DNA from: an uncultured bacterium
Lineage (GTDB): Bacteria > Planctomycetota > UBA8108 > UBA1146
NCBI GenBank assembly: GCA_937876125.1
Contig: CALEHF010000264.1
Span: forward strand, 267-64,266
Direction: 5' to 3'
DNA: 64,000 nucleotides
Below are positions 23,671-31,721 of the stretch, piece after piece. Below the pieces are notes generated by a model. It searched no databases. It was not told the origin of the DNA and was given only the letters and a program-made list of their open reading frames with translations. Each line of letters starts with the position of its first letter. Positions within the stretch are counted from its first letter, which is position 1. The position numbers were made by a program, and so were the translations under genes.

Positions 23671-24303
23671 AGTGAAGGTCCTTCCAAAGTAACGCTGCCC
23701 GCTCTCTCCCCCTCTCGGGGCGCACTCGATCCGACCAGGCCGCAGCCGCGCTCAGCAACCCCAGTGCCGCATTGGCAAACGCAGAGGGGGGGCCAGAGAT
23801 GGAAGTTTCAGCTCCTCGGACCGCGCCCAGAGGGCAACACCTACTCCGAGATCGGTCAGAAACTACACCGGAGGGGGACGGAGCGCGGGCGAGGTTGCCC
23901 CAGAACGGAGGCCTCCTCGCCCACGCAAGCTCATTGTGCCATGGGCACAGCGAGAGCACAGCATCAGGAAACCGAGGATCGAGATCGGATCGGCGATGTG
24001 GATCGTTCCGTCGCCATCGCGTCCCGCGGCACGCTCACGGACAAGCGGCTCTCAGAAATGGCAGGCGGTCCGAGTGAGTTTCCCGGTAGCATCCTCGCCT
24101 TTCGTTGATCGCCCGCCCCAGTTGCCTATACTGTGGCGTTATCCCAGCCACCGACTGGAATTACGTCAGCGCCCCCCCAGGACCCTTGCCCGCTCGCCAC
24201 GGGCACCTTGCGAGTCGCTGATCCAATCAGACCCCGTGACATCGACCGAGCGCGCAACCGTGCCGCACATCCCCACGGCGGTCCCCCCTGGAGGAGAACT
24301 AGT

Positions 24304-25038
24304 ATGATCTTCGGGAAGATGTGGGCCGCCGTTCGCGCCCAGTTCAACAAGCTCGCCAACATGTTCTGGGAAGCGGATCCGATCGCCCAGATGCAGTACG
24401 AGTACGACATGGCCGTCGAACAGATGAAGGAGGGGCGCAAGGGGCTCGAGATCTATCGAGGGCTCGTCGAGCGCGTGTCTCGCCAAGTCACCGACGGCAG
24501 TCGTCACGTCGAGCGCCTCGAAGCGCAAACCAAGAGCTACCTGAAGATCGGCGATCGCGAGAGCGCCGCGAAGTTTGCGCTCGAGCTTCAGAAGCTCAAA
24601 CGCGATCTCGCCGAGAACGAGTCTCAGCTCTCGATGCACGAGCAAGCGTACGAGAACAACCTCAAGAAAATCCAGCACGCGAACAAGTCCCTCGGTGAAG
24701 TGCGCCAGAAGATCCGGAAGTACGACGCCGAGCTGAAGATGAGCGAAGCAGAGGCGGAAGTCGCTGCGCTCGCCGAGAGCTTCGAGATGAACGTCACGAC
24801 CGACTTCGGGCAGATCGAGCAGGTGATTCAGGACCGGATCGATGGGAACCGCGGCAAAGCTCGGGTTGCCGCCGACATGTCGAAGCGCGGGATCGCCGAC
24901 ATCGAGGCGGAAGAGCGGCTCGAAGCGTCTCTCGCCGATCAGGCCCTGGCCGACTTCGAAGTCGAGCTCGGCCTCGCCTCGCCCGAGACGACAACCATCG
25001 AAGAGGCCCCGAAGCAGCTCGGCAAAGAAGAGAGCTAG
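24304..25038 (+). CDS. pspA: PspA/IM30 (Vipp1/LiaH) family membrane-stress coiled-coil protein
   Basis: Strong RBS GGAGGAG precedes the ATG at 24304. MIFGKMWAAVRAQFNKLANMF... is followed by a roughly 220-aa heptad-rich helix typical of PspA/IM30. Confidence 0.8.
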   Translation: MIFGKMWAAVRAQFNKLANMFWEADPIAQMQYEYDMAVEQMKEGRKGLEIYRGLVERVSRQVTDGSRHVERLEAQTKSYLKIGDRESAAKFALELQKLKRDLAENESQLSMHEQAYENNLKKIQHANKSLGEVRQKIRKYDAELKMSEAEAEVAALAESFEMNVTTDFGQIEQVIQDRIDGNRGKARVAADMSKRGIADIEAEERLEASLADQALADFEVELGLASPETTTIEEAPKQLGKEES

Positions 25039-25112
25039 CTCTACTCCATTTCGACGACCGCACAACGCCACCACCGAGTGCACACCATCCGTAACATCAG
25101 GGGGGACCAACC

Positions 25113-26834
25113 TTGAGCGCTGGCAACAAACCAAAACCCGTCTTTTACATCGTGATGATCCTCGTCATCGGCGGCCTCGTCGCGTTGGCGATGAGCCAAA
25201 TGGGCGACCAAAAATCAGACGAGGGCTCCGGTAGTTTCTCGGACGACGAACTCAAGGATCTCCAAGGAGACATCGAGTTCCCCGACGAGACCGGAATCAC
25301 CACCGTTCAGGAATACGAGTTCGTCTCGACGACGCGCCTTCCCGAAGTGAAGGGAGTCTCCAACTACAAGGAGCTCACCGATCGCACGGTGAGATTTGCG
25401 ATCAACGTGTGGGCGGGGTGGGGACCGATCATCCACGCCAACGGCGGGTTCTCGCCGGGGAAAGAGTGGACTTCGCCGGGCGGTGAGCCGTTCAAGGTCG
25501 AACTGGTCCTCATCGATGATCCCATCGCGATGCGGGATAGCTATGCGGCTGGGGAAGTGCACATCGGCTGGGCGACCCTCGACATGGTGCCGCTCTTCAT
25601 GGAGTCGCTGAAAAAGGACTCGCGGGTCATGCCGCGGATCTACCAGCAGGTCGACTGGTCGAACGGCGGGGATGGAATCGTCGTCCGGAGTTCGATCCAG
25701 ACGATCTCTGATCTTCGGGGGAAGACCGTAGTTCTCGCCCAAAACTCGCCGTCGCACTTCTTCCTCTTGAACGCTCTGATCAACGCCGGCGTACAGCCGA
25801 GCGAGGTCAGCTTCAAGTTCACTCAAGATGCGTTCCAGGCCGCAGCTGCCTACAACGCCGACAAGTCGATTTCCGCGTGCGTGAGCTGGGCTCCCGACAT
25901 TTACAACCTGTCGGAAGTGAGCGGAAACAAGCTGATCGTGACTTCCGCGACGGCGAACAAGCTGATCGCCGACGTCTGGTTCGCCCGCGCTGACTTCGCG
26001 AAAGATCACCCGGACATCACCGAGGGACTCGTCCGCGGCATCTTCGATTCGATGATCGCGCTCGAGCAGCAGTCGGCCAAACAGGAGCTCGCCCAACTGA
26101 TGTCAGACGGCTTCTCCATCCCGCCGGATGATTGCCTCGCCATGCTCGGCGACGCGCACTCGACGAACTATGCGGAGAACCGCGAGTTCTTCATGAACAA
26201 GAACAACCCGACCAACTTCGAGCGCACCTGGAACACGGCGTACTTCCTCTACACCCGGATCCGTGCGGTCACCCAAAAGGTTCCCTTCGACCAAGTGATG
26301 GATTACTCGATCATTGAGAAGCTCGGCAAGGAGGAGATCTACGCGAGCCAAACCTCCGATTACGGAATGGTGTTCGCGCCCGCGGCGGCGAGTTCATTCG
26401 ATGTCGAGGACGAGATCCTCACCAAGACGGTGGTCATCAACTTCTACCCCAATAGTTGGGACATCTCGAAGGTGACCACGAAGACTGCGAACGGGAAGAC
26501 GATCGAAGAGCTCTACGACCCGAATGCGAAGTTCATCATCGAAGAGGTGGGCAAGCTCGCCGGCCAGTATGGAACCGCGCGGATCGTCATCGAGGGGCAC
26601 ACCGACGCGTCGATGCGCGGCAAGGTGAACGCCTCCCTGGTCAAGGACCTCGCCATGAACCGCGCGAATGCGGTGAAGCAGGCGATCGTGCGCAAGTTCG
26701 ACACCCTCCAGCCGAACCAGTTCTCCGCCACCGGCATCGGTTGGGACCGCCCCGCGGATCCCCAAGACCCGAAGAATCACGCGAAGAATCGCCGCGTCGA
26801 GATCAAGGTCTACCCCGCCGAGGCGGTGAAGTAA
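25113..26834 (+). CDS. Membrane-anchored NitT/TauT (NMT1/SsuA-like) substrate-binding protein fused to a C-terminal OmpA-like peptidoglycan-binding domain
   Basis: N-terminal signal-anchor helix VFYIVMILVIGGLVALAMS. The central roughly 350 aa are SBP-like. The C-terminal RIVIEGHTDASMRGKVNASLVKDLAMNRANAVKQAIV...NRRVEIKVY matches the OmpA_C signature. TTG start at 25113. Confidence 0.7.
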   Translation: MSAGNKPKPVFYIVMILVIGGLVALAMSQMGDQKSDEGSGSFSDDELKDLQGDIEFPDETGITTVQEYEFVSTTRLPEVKGVSNYKELTDRTVRFAINVWAGWGPIIHANGGFSPGKEWTSPGGEPFKVELVLIDDPIAMRDSYAAGEVHIGWATLDMVPLFMESLKKDSRVMPRIYQQVDWSNGGDGIVVRSSIQTISDLRGKTVVLAQNSPSHFFLLNALINAGVQPSEVSFKFTQDAFQAAAAYNADKSISACVSWAPDIYNLSEVSGNKLIVTSATANKLIADVWFARADFAKDHPDITEGLVRGIFDSMIALEQQSAKQELAQLMSDGFSIPPDDCLAMLGDAHSTNYAENREFFMNKNNPTNFERTWNTAYFLYTRIRAVTQKVPFDQVMDYSIIEKLGKEEIYASQTSDYGMVFAPAAASSFDVEDEILTKTVVINFYPNSWDISKVTTKTANGKTIEELYDPNAKFIIEEVGKLAGQYGTARIVIEGHTDASMRGKVNASLVKDLAMNRANAVKQAIVRKFDTLQPNQFSATGIGWDRPADPQDPKNHAKNRRVEIKVYPAEAVK

Positions 26835-26837
26835 CCG

Positions 26838-27641
26838 ATGGCGCAACTCTTCCCACTGCGAGTTCGACCGGGCCGGGTGATGCGCTGGGCCCTCGGTACC
26901 TCGGCGGTCCTCCTTCTCTTCGCCGTGTGGGAATACCTCACGTGGGGCACCGAAGCCGAGTCGCGGATCGTCTCTCCGGTCACCCTTCCGAGTCCCCTCG
27001 AGGTGTACATGAGCATCGGGAACCTGCTGACGGAGCGCGATCTCCTGAAGGGAGTCTCCGCAACGTTGTGGCGGGTCTTCCTCGGCTTCGGGCTCTCGAT
27101 CGCGGTGGGCGCACCGCTCGGAGTCCTCGCCGGCACCTGGCGAGGGATCGAAGCGTTCTTCGCCCCGTTGAGTCTCTTTGGCCGTAACATTCCGATCGCC
27201 GCGTTGATCCCGCTGACCGTGCTCTGGTTCGGGACCGAGAACTATCAGAAGGTGATGTTCATCTTCTTCGCCACCGTGCCCTTCGTGTTCGGGACTGCGG
27301 TGCAGGCGGTGGTCGAAGTGAAGGATCGGTACGTCGAGACGGCGCTCACGCTCGGCGCGAGTCGCGGGCAGGTTCTGAGAAAAGTGCTCTTGCCCCTCGC
27401 ATTGCCCGCGATCTACACCGGGAACCGAATCCTGTTCGGTCTGGCGTTCGGCTACATCATGCTCGCCGAGGCGATCAACGCGAAACACGGCCTCGGTCAC
27501 CTGATCATGACCAGCCAACGGCGCGGGCTGAACGAGCACATCTACGTGATCTTGATGGTGATCGGGCTCATCGCCTACGCGATCGATCGGCTGCTCTTCT
27601 ACATCGAGAAGTCCCTCTTCCCCTACCGGGAGAAGTCATGA
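26838..27641 (+). CDS. ABC transporter permease (NitT/TauT family)
   Basis: 6-TM protein with the EAA-like loop of type-1 ABC permeases. Follows the SBP after 3 nt. Confidence 0.85.
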   Translation: MAQLFPLRVRPGRVMRWALGTSAVLLLFAVWEYLTWGTEAESRIVSPVTLPSPLEVYMSIGNLLTERDLLKGVSATLWRVFLGFGLSIAVGAPLGVLAGTWRGIEAFFAPLSLFGRNIPIAALIPLTVLWFGTENYQKVMFIFFATVPFVFGTAVQAVVEVKDRYVETALTLGASRGQVLRKVLLPLALPAIYTGNRILFGLAFGYIMLAEAINAKHGLGHLIMTSQRRGLNEHIYVILMVIGLIAYAIDRLLFYIEKSLFPYREKS

Positions 27642-28531
27642 GCGGCGCCGACAATCCATCCTCGGCAGAGACCGAGACCGGGCAGCATCCCGCCCCAGCC
27701 GCGACCCCTGAGTCACCGCCAGTGGTCGAGTTCAAGAATGTCACCAAGACCTATGATTCAGGGACGATACGCGCGTTCACCGCGATCGAAAATGTGAATT
27801 TCACCGTGCCCGATCGACCGGATCACGGCGAGATGATTGCGATTCTCGGCCCGAGCGGCTGCGGGAAGTCGACGATTCTTCGCCTGATCGCGGGGCTCTC
27901 TCCGCAACACCCCGCGACGACCGGTGAAGTGTTGGTCAGCGGCACGCCGATCCTGGCCCCCGGAGCCGACCGCGGCATGGTGTTTCAGGCGTACACCTCG
28001 TTCGACAACCGCAACGTGTTCGACAACGTCGCGTTCGGTCTCGAGTGTTGCGGCGTCCCGCGAAAGGAGAGACGGGAGCTCGCGCGCGAATGGATCGTGC
28101 GCGTGGGCCTCGACCCCGATTCCGATGGAGACAAGTACCCCTACCAGCTGTCGGGTGGAATGCGTCAGCGAGTCGCGATTGCGCGCAGCTTGATCCTGCA
28201 CCCGAAGATCATGCTGATGGATGAACCGTTCGGCGCGCTCGATCCCACCACCCGGACTCGGATGCAGGATCTCCTCGTCGGCCTGTGGCGCGATCTCGAG
28301 GCGACTGTCTTCTTCGTGACCCACTCGATCGAAGAGGCGGTCTACCTCGGCGATCGCATCTACATACTCTCCACCTCGCCGGGAACGATCCTGCGCGAAG
28401 TCGAGGTCCCGGCACCCGACCGCCCCGCGCGGGAGATGCAGCGTGAACCTAAGTTCGTCGAGTTGGTGTTCGAGATCCGCGAGATCATCGAACGGCTCGA
28501 AGCTCAGAACGAAGAGAAGCTCGGCGGGTAA
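27638..28531 (+). CDS. ABC transporter ATP-binding protein (NitT/TauT family)
   Basis: Walker A GPSGCGKST, signature LSGGMRQRVAIARSL, Walker B IMLMDEPFGALD. Overlaps the permease stop by 4 nt. Confidence 0.9.
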   Translation: MSGADNPSSAETETGQHPAPAATPESPPVVEFKNVTKTYDSGTIRAFTAIENVNFTVPDRPDHGEMIAILGPSGCGKSTILRLIAGLSPQHPATTGEVLVSGTPILAPGADRGMVFQAYTSFDNRNVFDNVAFGLECCGVPRKERRELAREWIVRVGLDPDSDGDKYPYQLSGGMRQRVAIARSLILHPKIMLMDEPFGALDPTTRTRMQDLLVGLWRDLEATVFFVTHSIEEAVYLGDRIYILSTSPGTILREVEVPAPDRPAREMQREPKFVELVFEIREIIERLEAQNEEKLGG

Positions 28532-28558
28532 ACCCCGCTCTGAGGAGACTCAAAGCCG

Positions 28559-29443
28559 ATGGCCAGACGCGCGAAAGCCGGACTCTGGAGCTACCTGTCC
28601 CAGGCGTTCCTGTTCCGGTGGAATCTACTCTTCGCGCTCGGCGGCGCGGCGGCCGCCGCATTGAGCCCCGCGCCAGAAGTGTTCCTGCCCCTCATCGGGG
28701 CTGTGGAGCTCGCCTACCTTGCGGGGGTCACCTCGATTCCGAAGTTCCGCTCGGCCATCGATGCCAAGACCCACGCCGCCGGTCAGGGCATCCCGCTGAA
28801 TGCCGGGTCCAATCCCCAAAAGACGCTTCAAGCGCTCCTCACCGGACTCGATTCGGTGTCGCTGCGCCGCTTCGAGGCGCTCAGGCGCCGCTGCCTCGAC
28901 ATGCACTCCATCGCGCGCGGGGTCGGCGGGCGGGCGGGGGGTCGCGGACAACGCAAGGCGGAGCAGCTGACCAACCCTGGTCTCGATCGACTCTTGTGGA
29001 CGTTCCTGCGGATGCTCTCCTCGCGCACCTCGCTCGAGCGGTTTCTCGATTCGACGGACGAAGATTCGATACGGCAGAAGTTGGCTGAAACGCGCGTGCA
29101 GCTGACCGAAGCAGAAACTGCGGTCGACGAGCGACTCATCCGCTCGCTGCGCGACAGCTTGGCCACGCGAGAGATGCAACTCGACAACTACCAAAAGGCC
29201 CAGAGCAATGCGACCTTCGTCGCGGTCGAGCTCGACCGCCTCGAAGCCAAGATTCAAACGCTCAGCGAGTTGTCCGTGAACCGGCAAGACCCCGACTTCA
29301 TCTCCCGCGAGGTCGATTCGGTGGCGGCGAGTATCCAGCACACCGAAGAAGCGATGGAGGAGCTGCACCTCGTCGACGGTCTTCTCGACGATCTCGAAGA
29401 GCCCCCCGCGATCCTCGGCGCGCGCATGAAGGAGATCGAGTGA
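28559..29443 (+). CDS. Membrane-anchored coiled-coil protein (hypothetical; possible ESCRT-III/PspA-like helical hairpin protein)
   Basis: Two N-terminal hydrophobic helices, then about 170 aa of charged heptad-like helix and an acidic C-terminus (LVDGLLDDLEEPPAILGARMKEIE). The stop overlaps the start of the AAA ATPase by 4 nt. Confidence 0.55.
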   Translation: MARRAKAGLWSYLSQAFLFRWNLLFALGGAAAAALSPAPEVFLPLIGAVELAYLAGVTSIPKFRSAIDAKTHAAGQGIPLNAGSNPQKTLQALLTGLDSVSLRRFEALRRRCLDMHSIARGVGGRAGGRGQRKAEQLTNPGLDRLLWTFLRMLSSRTSLERFLDSTDEDSIRQKLAETRVQLTEAETAVDERLIRSLRDSLATREMQLDNYQKAQSNATFVAVELDRLEAKIQTLSELSVNRQDPDFISREVDSVAASIQHTEEAMEELHLVDGLLDDLEEPPAILGARMKEIE

Positions 29444-31302
29444 AGCCGGAACGCGGAACCCAGAAGCAGACCGAGCCCGCCGCGGGCGAGGCCGTCGCTC
29501 CCCTCGCTGCGGACGCGAAAGACCCGAACCTCGCCGCGGCGGATGCGATGCTCGGCGTCCCCAAGGAACGCATCCCCGCCTGGTACCCCGAGTGGGCGCG
29601 GCGACTCGCCGAGCTGTACTTCTCCGGCACGACCTCGGCGTTCGTCGTCTCTGGCAACGTCTTCGATCCGGTCGCGATGGAAACGAGCAAGGGGCGCGAC
29701 TATCAACCCCTCGCCGGATTCCTCGCGGAGGAGCTGTTCGGCAGCTGGGACTTGGTGTTCTCCTACGACCTCGCCCGCGGCCTGCGCTGCGTCGCCGGAT
29801 CGAACGGGAAACGTCTGAAGGACATGATCGCCCTCGCCAACCGAAAATATGGCGACATCTCGACGATCCCCCGCGATCCCGCCGCCGCCCTGAACTTCCT
29901 CGACAAAGTCGTGCAAAAGAACCTGATGGCGAAGGCGGAGGATCGCCTGAGCATCGCCATTGCGATCGATCATGCCTCGTACGTCGTGTCGCGCGGGGAG
30001 CCCGGGCACTTGAGCTCACGCATCGCGACCAACCTGGTCACGCTCCTCAATTGGGCGACCAGCCCGTACCTGAAACGCGTGAACATGGCGGTGGTCCTGG
30101 TCGACCCGAAGCACGCCGCGATCAACGAACGCCTCACGTCGAACCCGCACGTGGCGGCGATCGAAGTCGCGCTTCCCGATGAGGACCTGCGCCGTGGATT
30201 CGTCGAAGACCAGACCCAAAAGCTCGATCTCGCCTCCTTCTCCGACTTCGACGCCACTCAGCTCGCCGACCTCACCGCGGGGGTCTCGCTCGCCGACCTG
30301 GAAACTCTGATCCAATCGGCGCGCGAAGGAGGGCGACGCCTCGATGCCTCCCTGTTCCGGGCCTTGAAGAAGCGGCTCATCGAGCGGCAGTGCGAGGGGT
30401 TCCTCGAGTTCATCGAGCCGAAGTGGGGCCTCGACATGGTGGTCGGGCATGAAGCGGCCAAAGATCGCCTCCGAGAAGACGCCTCGCTCCTTGCGAAGGG
30501 TCGCCTCGAGACGGTCCCGATGGGTTACCTCCTGTGCGGCCCGGTCGGAACCGGCAAGAGCTTTCTCGCGCAGTGCGCAACCGGCACCTTCGGAGTGCCC
30601 TGCGTCATGCTGAAGAACTTCCGCTCGAAGTACGTCGGCGAGACGGAGGGGAACCTCCAGAAGGTGCTTTCGGTGCTCCGGGCGATGGGGCCGGTGGTGG
30701 TGATCATCGACGAGGCGGACGCGATGCTCGGCGACCGCGACCAGAGCGGCGACTCTGGGACATCGAGTCGAGTCTTTGCGATGATCGCGGCGCAGATGGG
30801 AGACACCCAATATCGAGGGAAGATCCTCTGGATGCTCCTGACGTGCCGCCCCGATCTCCTCCCGATCGACTTGAAGCGCCAGGGACGCGCCGAGGTCCAC
30901 ATCCCTCTCTTCTACCCGGCCGAGCAAGAAGAGCTGAAGAAGCTGTTCGTCGTCCTCGCGAAGAAGCTCGGAGCGGAGCTCGCCCCCGAGGATGTTCCCG
31001 AGATCCCCCACCTCGGCAATCTGAGTGGTGCGGATGTCGAGGGGATCGTCGGGAGGGCGCGGCGGCGCGCGCTCCTCGCTGGAGCGGACCGCATCACGAA
31101 GGAACACCTCGAGGCCACGCTCGCGCAGTTCATGCCCTCGACCGAGAACCTCGAACGACAACTGCAGGAGACCGCGGCCATCATCGAATGCACCGACAAG
31201 CAGTTTCTCCCGCCGCATGTGATCGAGCGACTCAAGAAGGTCGGCGGGCGGGCGAAGCTCGGAGAGCGCCTCACCGCGCTCGTCCAATTGGTCGGTCGAT
31301 AG
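29440..31302 (+). CDS. Two-domain AAA+ ATPase (degenerate N-terminal AAA-like domain plus classic-clade C-terminal AAA)
   Basis: C-terminal domain: Walker A GPVGTGKSF, SKYVGETEGNLQ, Walker B VVIIDEADAML, and a second region of homology. The N-terminal 330 aa carry a degenerate P-loop-like FVVSGNVFDP. Confidence 0.8.
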   Translation: MKPERGTQKQTEPAAGEAVAPLAADAKDPNLAAADAMLGVPKERIPAWYPEWARRLAELYFSGTTSAFVVSGNVFDPVAMETSKGRDYQPLAGFLAEELFGSWDLVFSYDLARGLRCVAGSNGKRLKDMIALANRKYGDISTIPRDPAAALNFLDKVVQKNLMAKAEDRLSIAIAIDHASYVVSRGEPGHLSSRIATNLVTLLNWATSPYLKRVNMAVVLVDPKHAAINERLTSNPHVAAIEVALPDEDLRRGFVEDQTQKLDLASFSDFDATQLADLTAGVSLADLETLIQSAREGGRRLDASLFRALKKRLIERQCEGFLEFIEPKWGLDMVVGHEAAKDRLREDASLLAKGRLETVPMGYLLCGPVGTGKSFLAQCATGTFGVPCVMLKNFRSKYVGETEGNLQKVLSVLRAMGPVVVIIDEADAMLGDRDQSGDSGTSSRVFAMIAAQMGDTQYRGKILWMLLTCRPDLLPIDLKRQGRAEVHIPLFYPAEQEELKKLFVVLAKKLGAELAPEDVPEIPHLGNLSGADVEGIVGRARRRALLAGADRITKEHLEATLAQFMPSTENLERQLQETAAIIECTDKQFLPPHVIERLKKVGGRAKLGERLTALVQLVGR

Positions 31303-31340
31303 AACCCAACCCGGAACGAAACAACGAAGAGGAGGCCCCC

Positions 31341-31631
31341 GTGGCAAGAACCAGTTGGTTTGACGAGAGCTCCGAAGTCCCGAACCTCGCCCAGAAGGTT
31401 CAAGAACTCGAGTCGTTCACCGATGCGATGGCGGACGGGATGATCAGCAGTGATGAGCTAGATGCCCAGCAAGATCGACTGATCACTGCGATGAAGGCGG
31501 TCGAGGCGGATCTGAACGATACCCAGCATTCGATGGTGACGACGATGCTGGTCGAGATGACCGCGTATGACATCATGCGCACCGTGCACGAGCTCCAGAA
31601 GGAGCGGCTCAAGCTGAAGTTTGGGAGCTGA
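31341..31631 (+). CDS. Small hypothetical protein (97 aa, acidic, helical)
   Basis: Strong RBS GAGGAGG sits 5 nt upstream of the GTG at 31341. Corresponds to the C-terminal 97 codons of the otherwise antisense ORF 30534..31631. Confidence 0.45.
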   Translation: MARTSWFDESSEVPNLAQKVQELESFTDAMADGMISSDELDAQQDRLITAMKAVEADLNDTQHSMVTTMLVEMTAYDIMRTVHELQKERLKLKFGS

Positions 31632-31721
31632 TCTCGGGTCTCCGGTGCTCCAATGTCGACCACGAGCGTGAGGAGGCCAGCCGCGGCTGGCGTCAGAATC
31701 GTGGTCGCTGATTTACGGCGC

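Noticed and set aside
23275-24108. 277-aa plus-strand ORF
   Set aside because: It is antisense to the frameshifted methyltransferase, and the PspA promoter region follows. The composition is Arg-rich with no motifs.
24133-24303. N-terminal extension of the PspA ORF (MALSQPPTGITSAPP...)
   Set aside because: No RBS, Pro/Arg-rich. A perfect GGAGGAG RBS sits in front of the internal ATG at 24304, where the PspA-like sequence begins.
30534-31631. 365-aa plus-strand ORF
   Set aside because: The first roughly 268 codons are an out-of-frame overlap of the AAA ATPase gene. Only the last 97 codons, from the GTG at 31341 with a GAGGAGG RBS, look like a real small gene, and that part is annotated separately.
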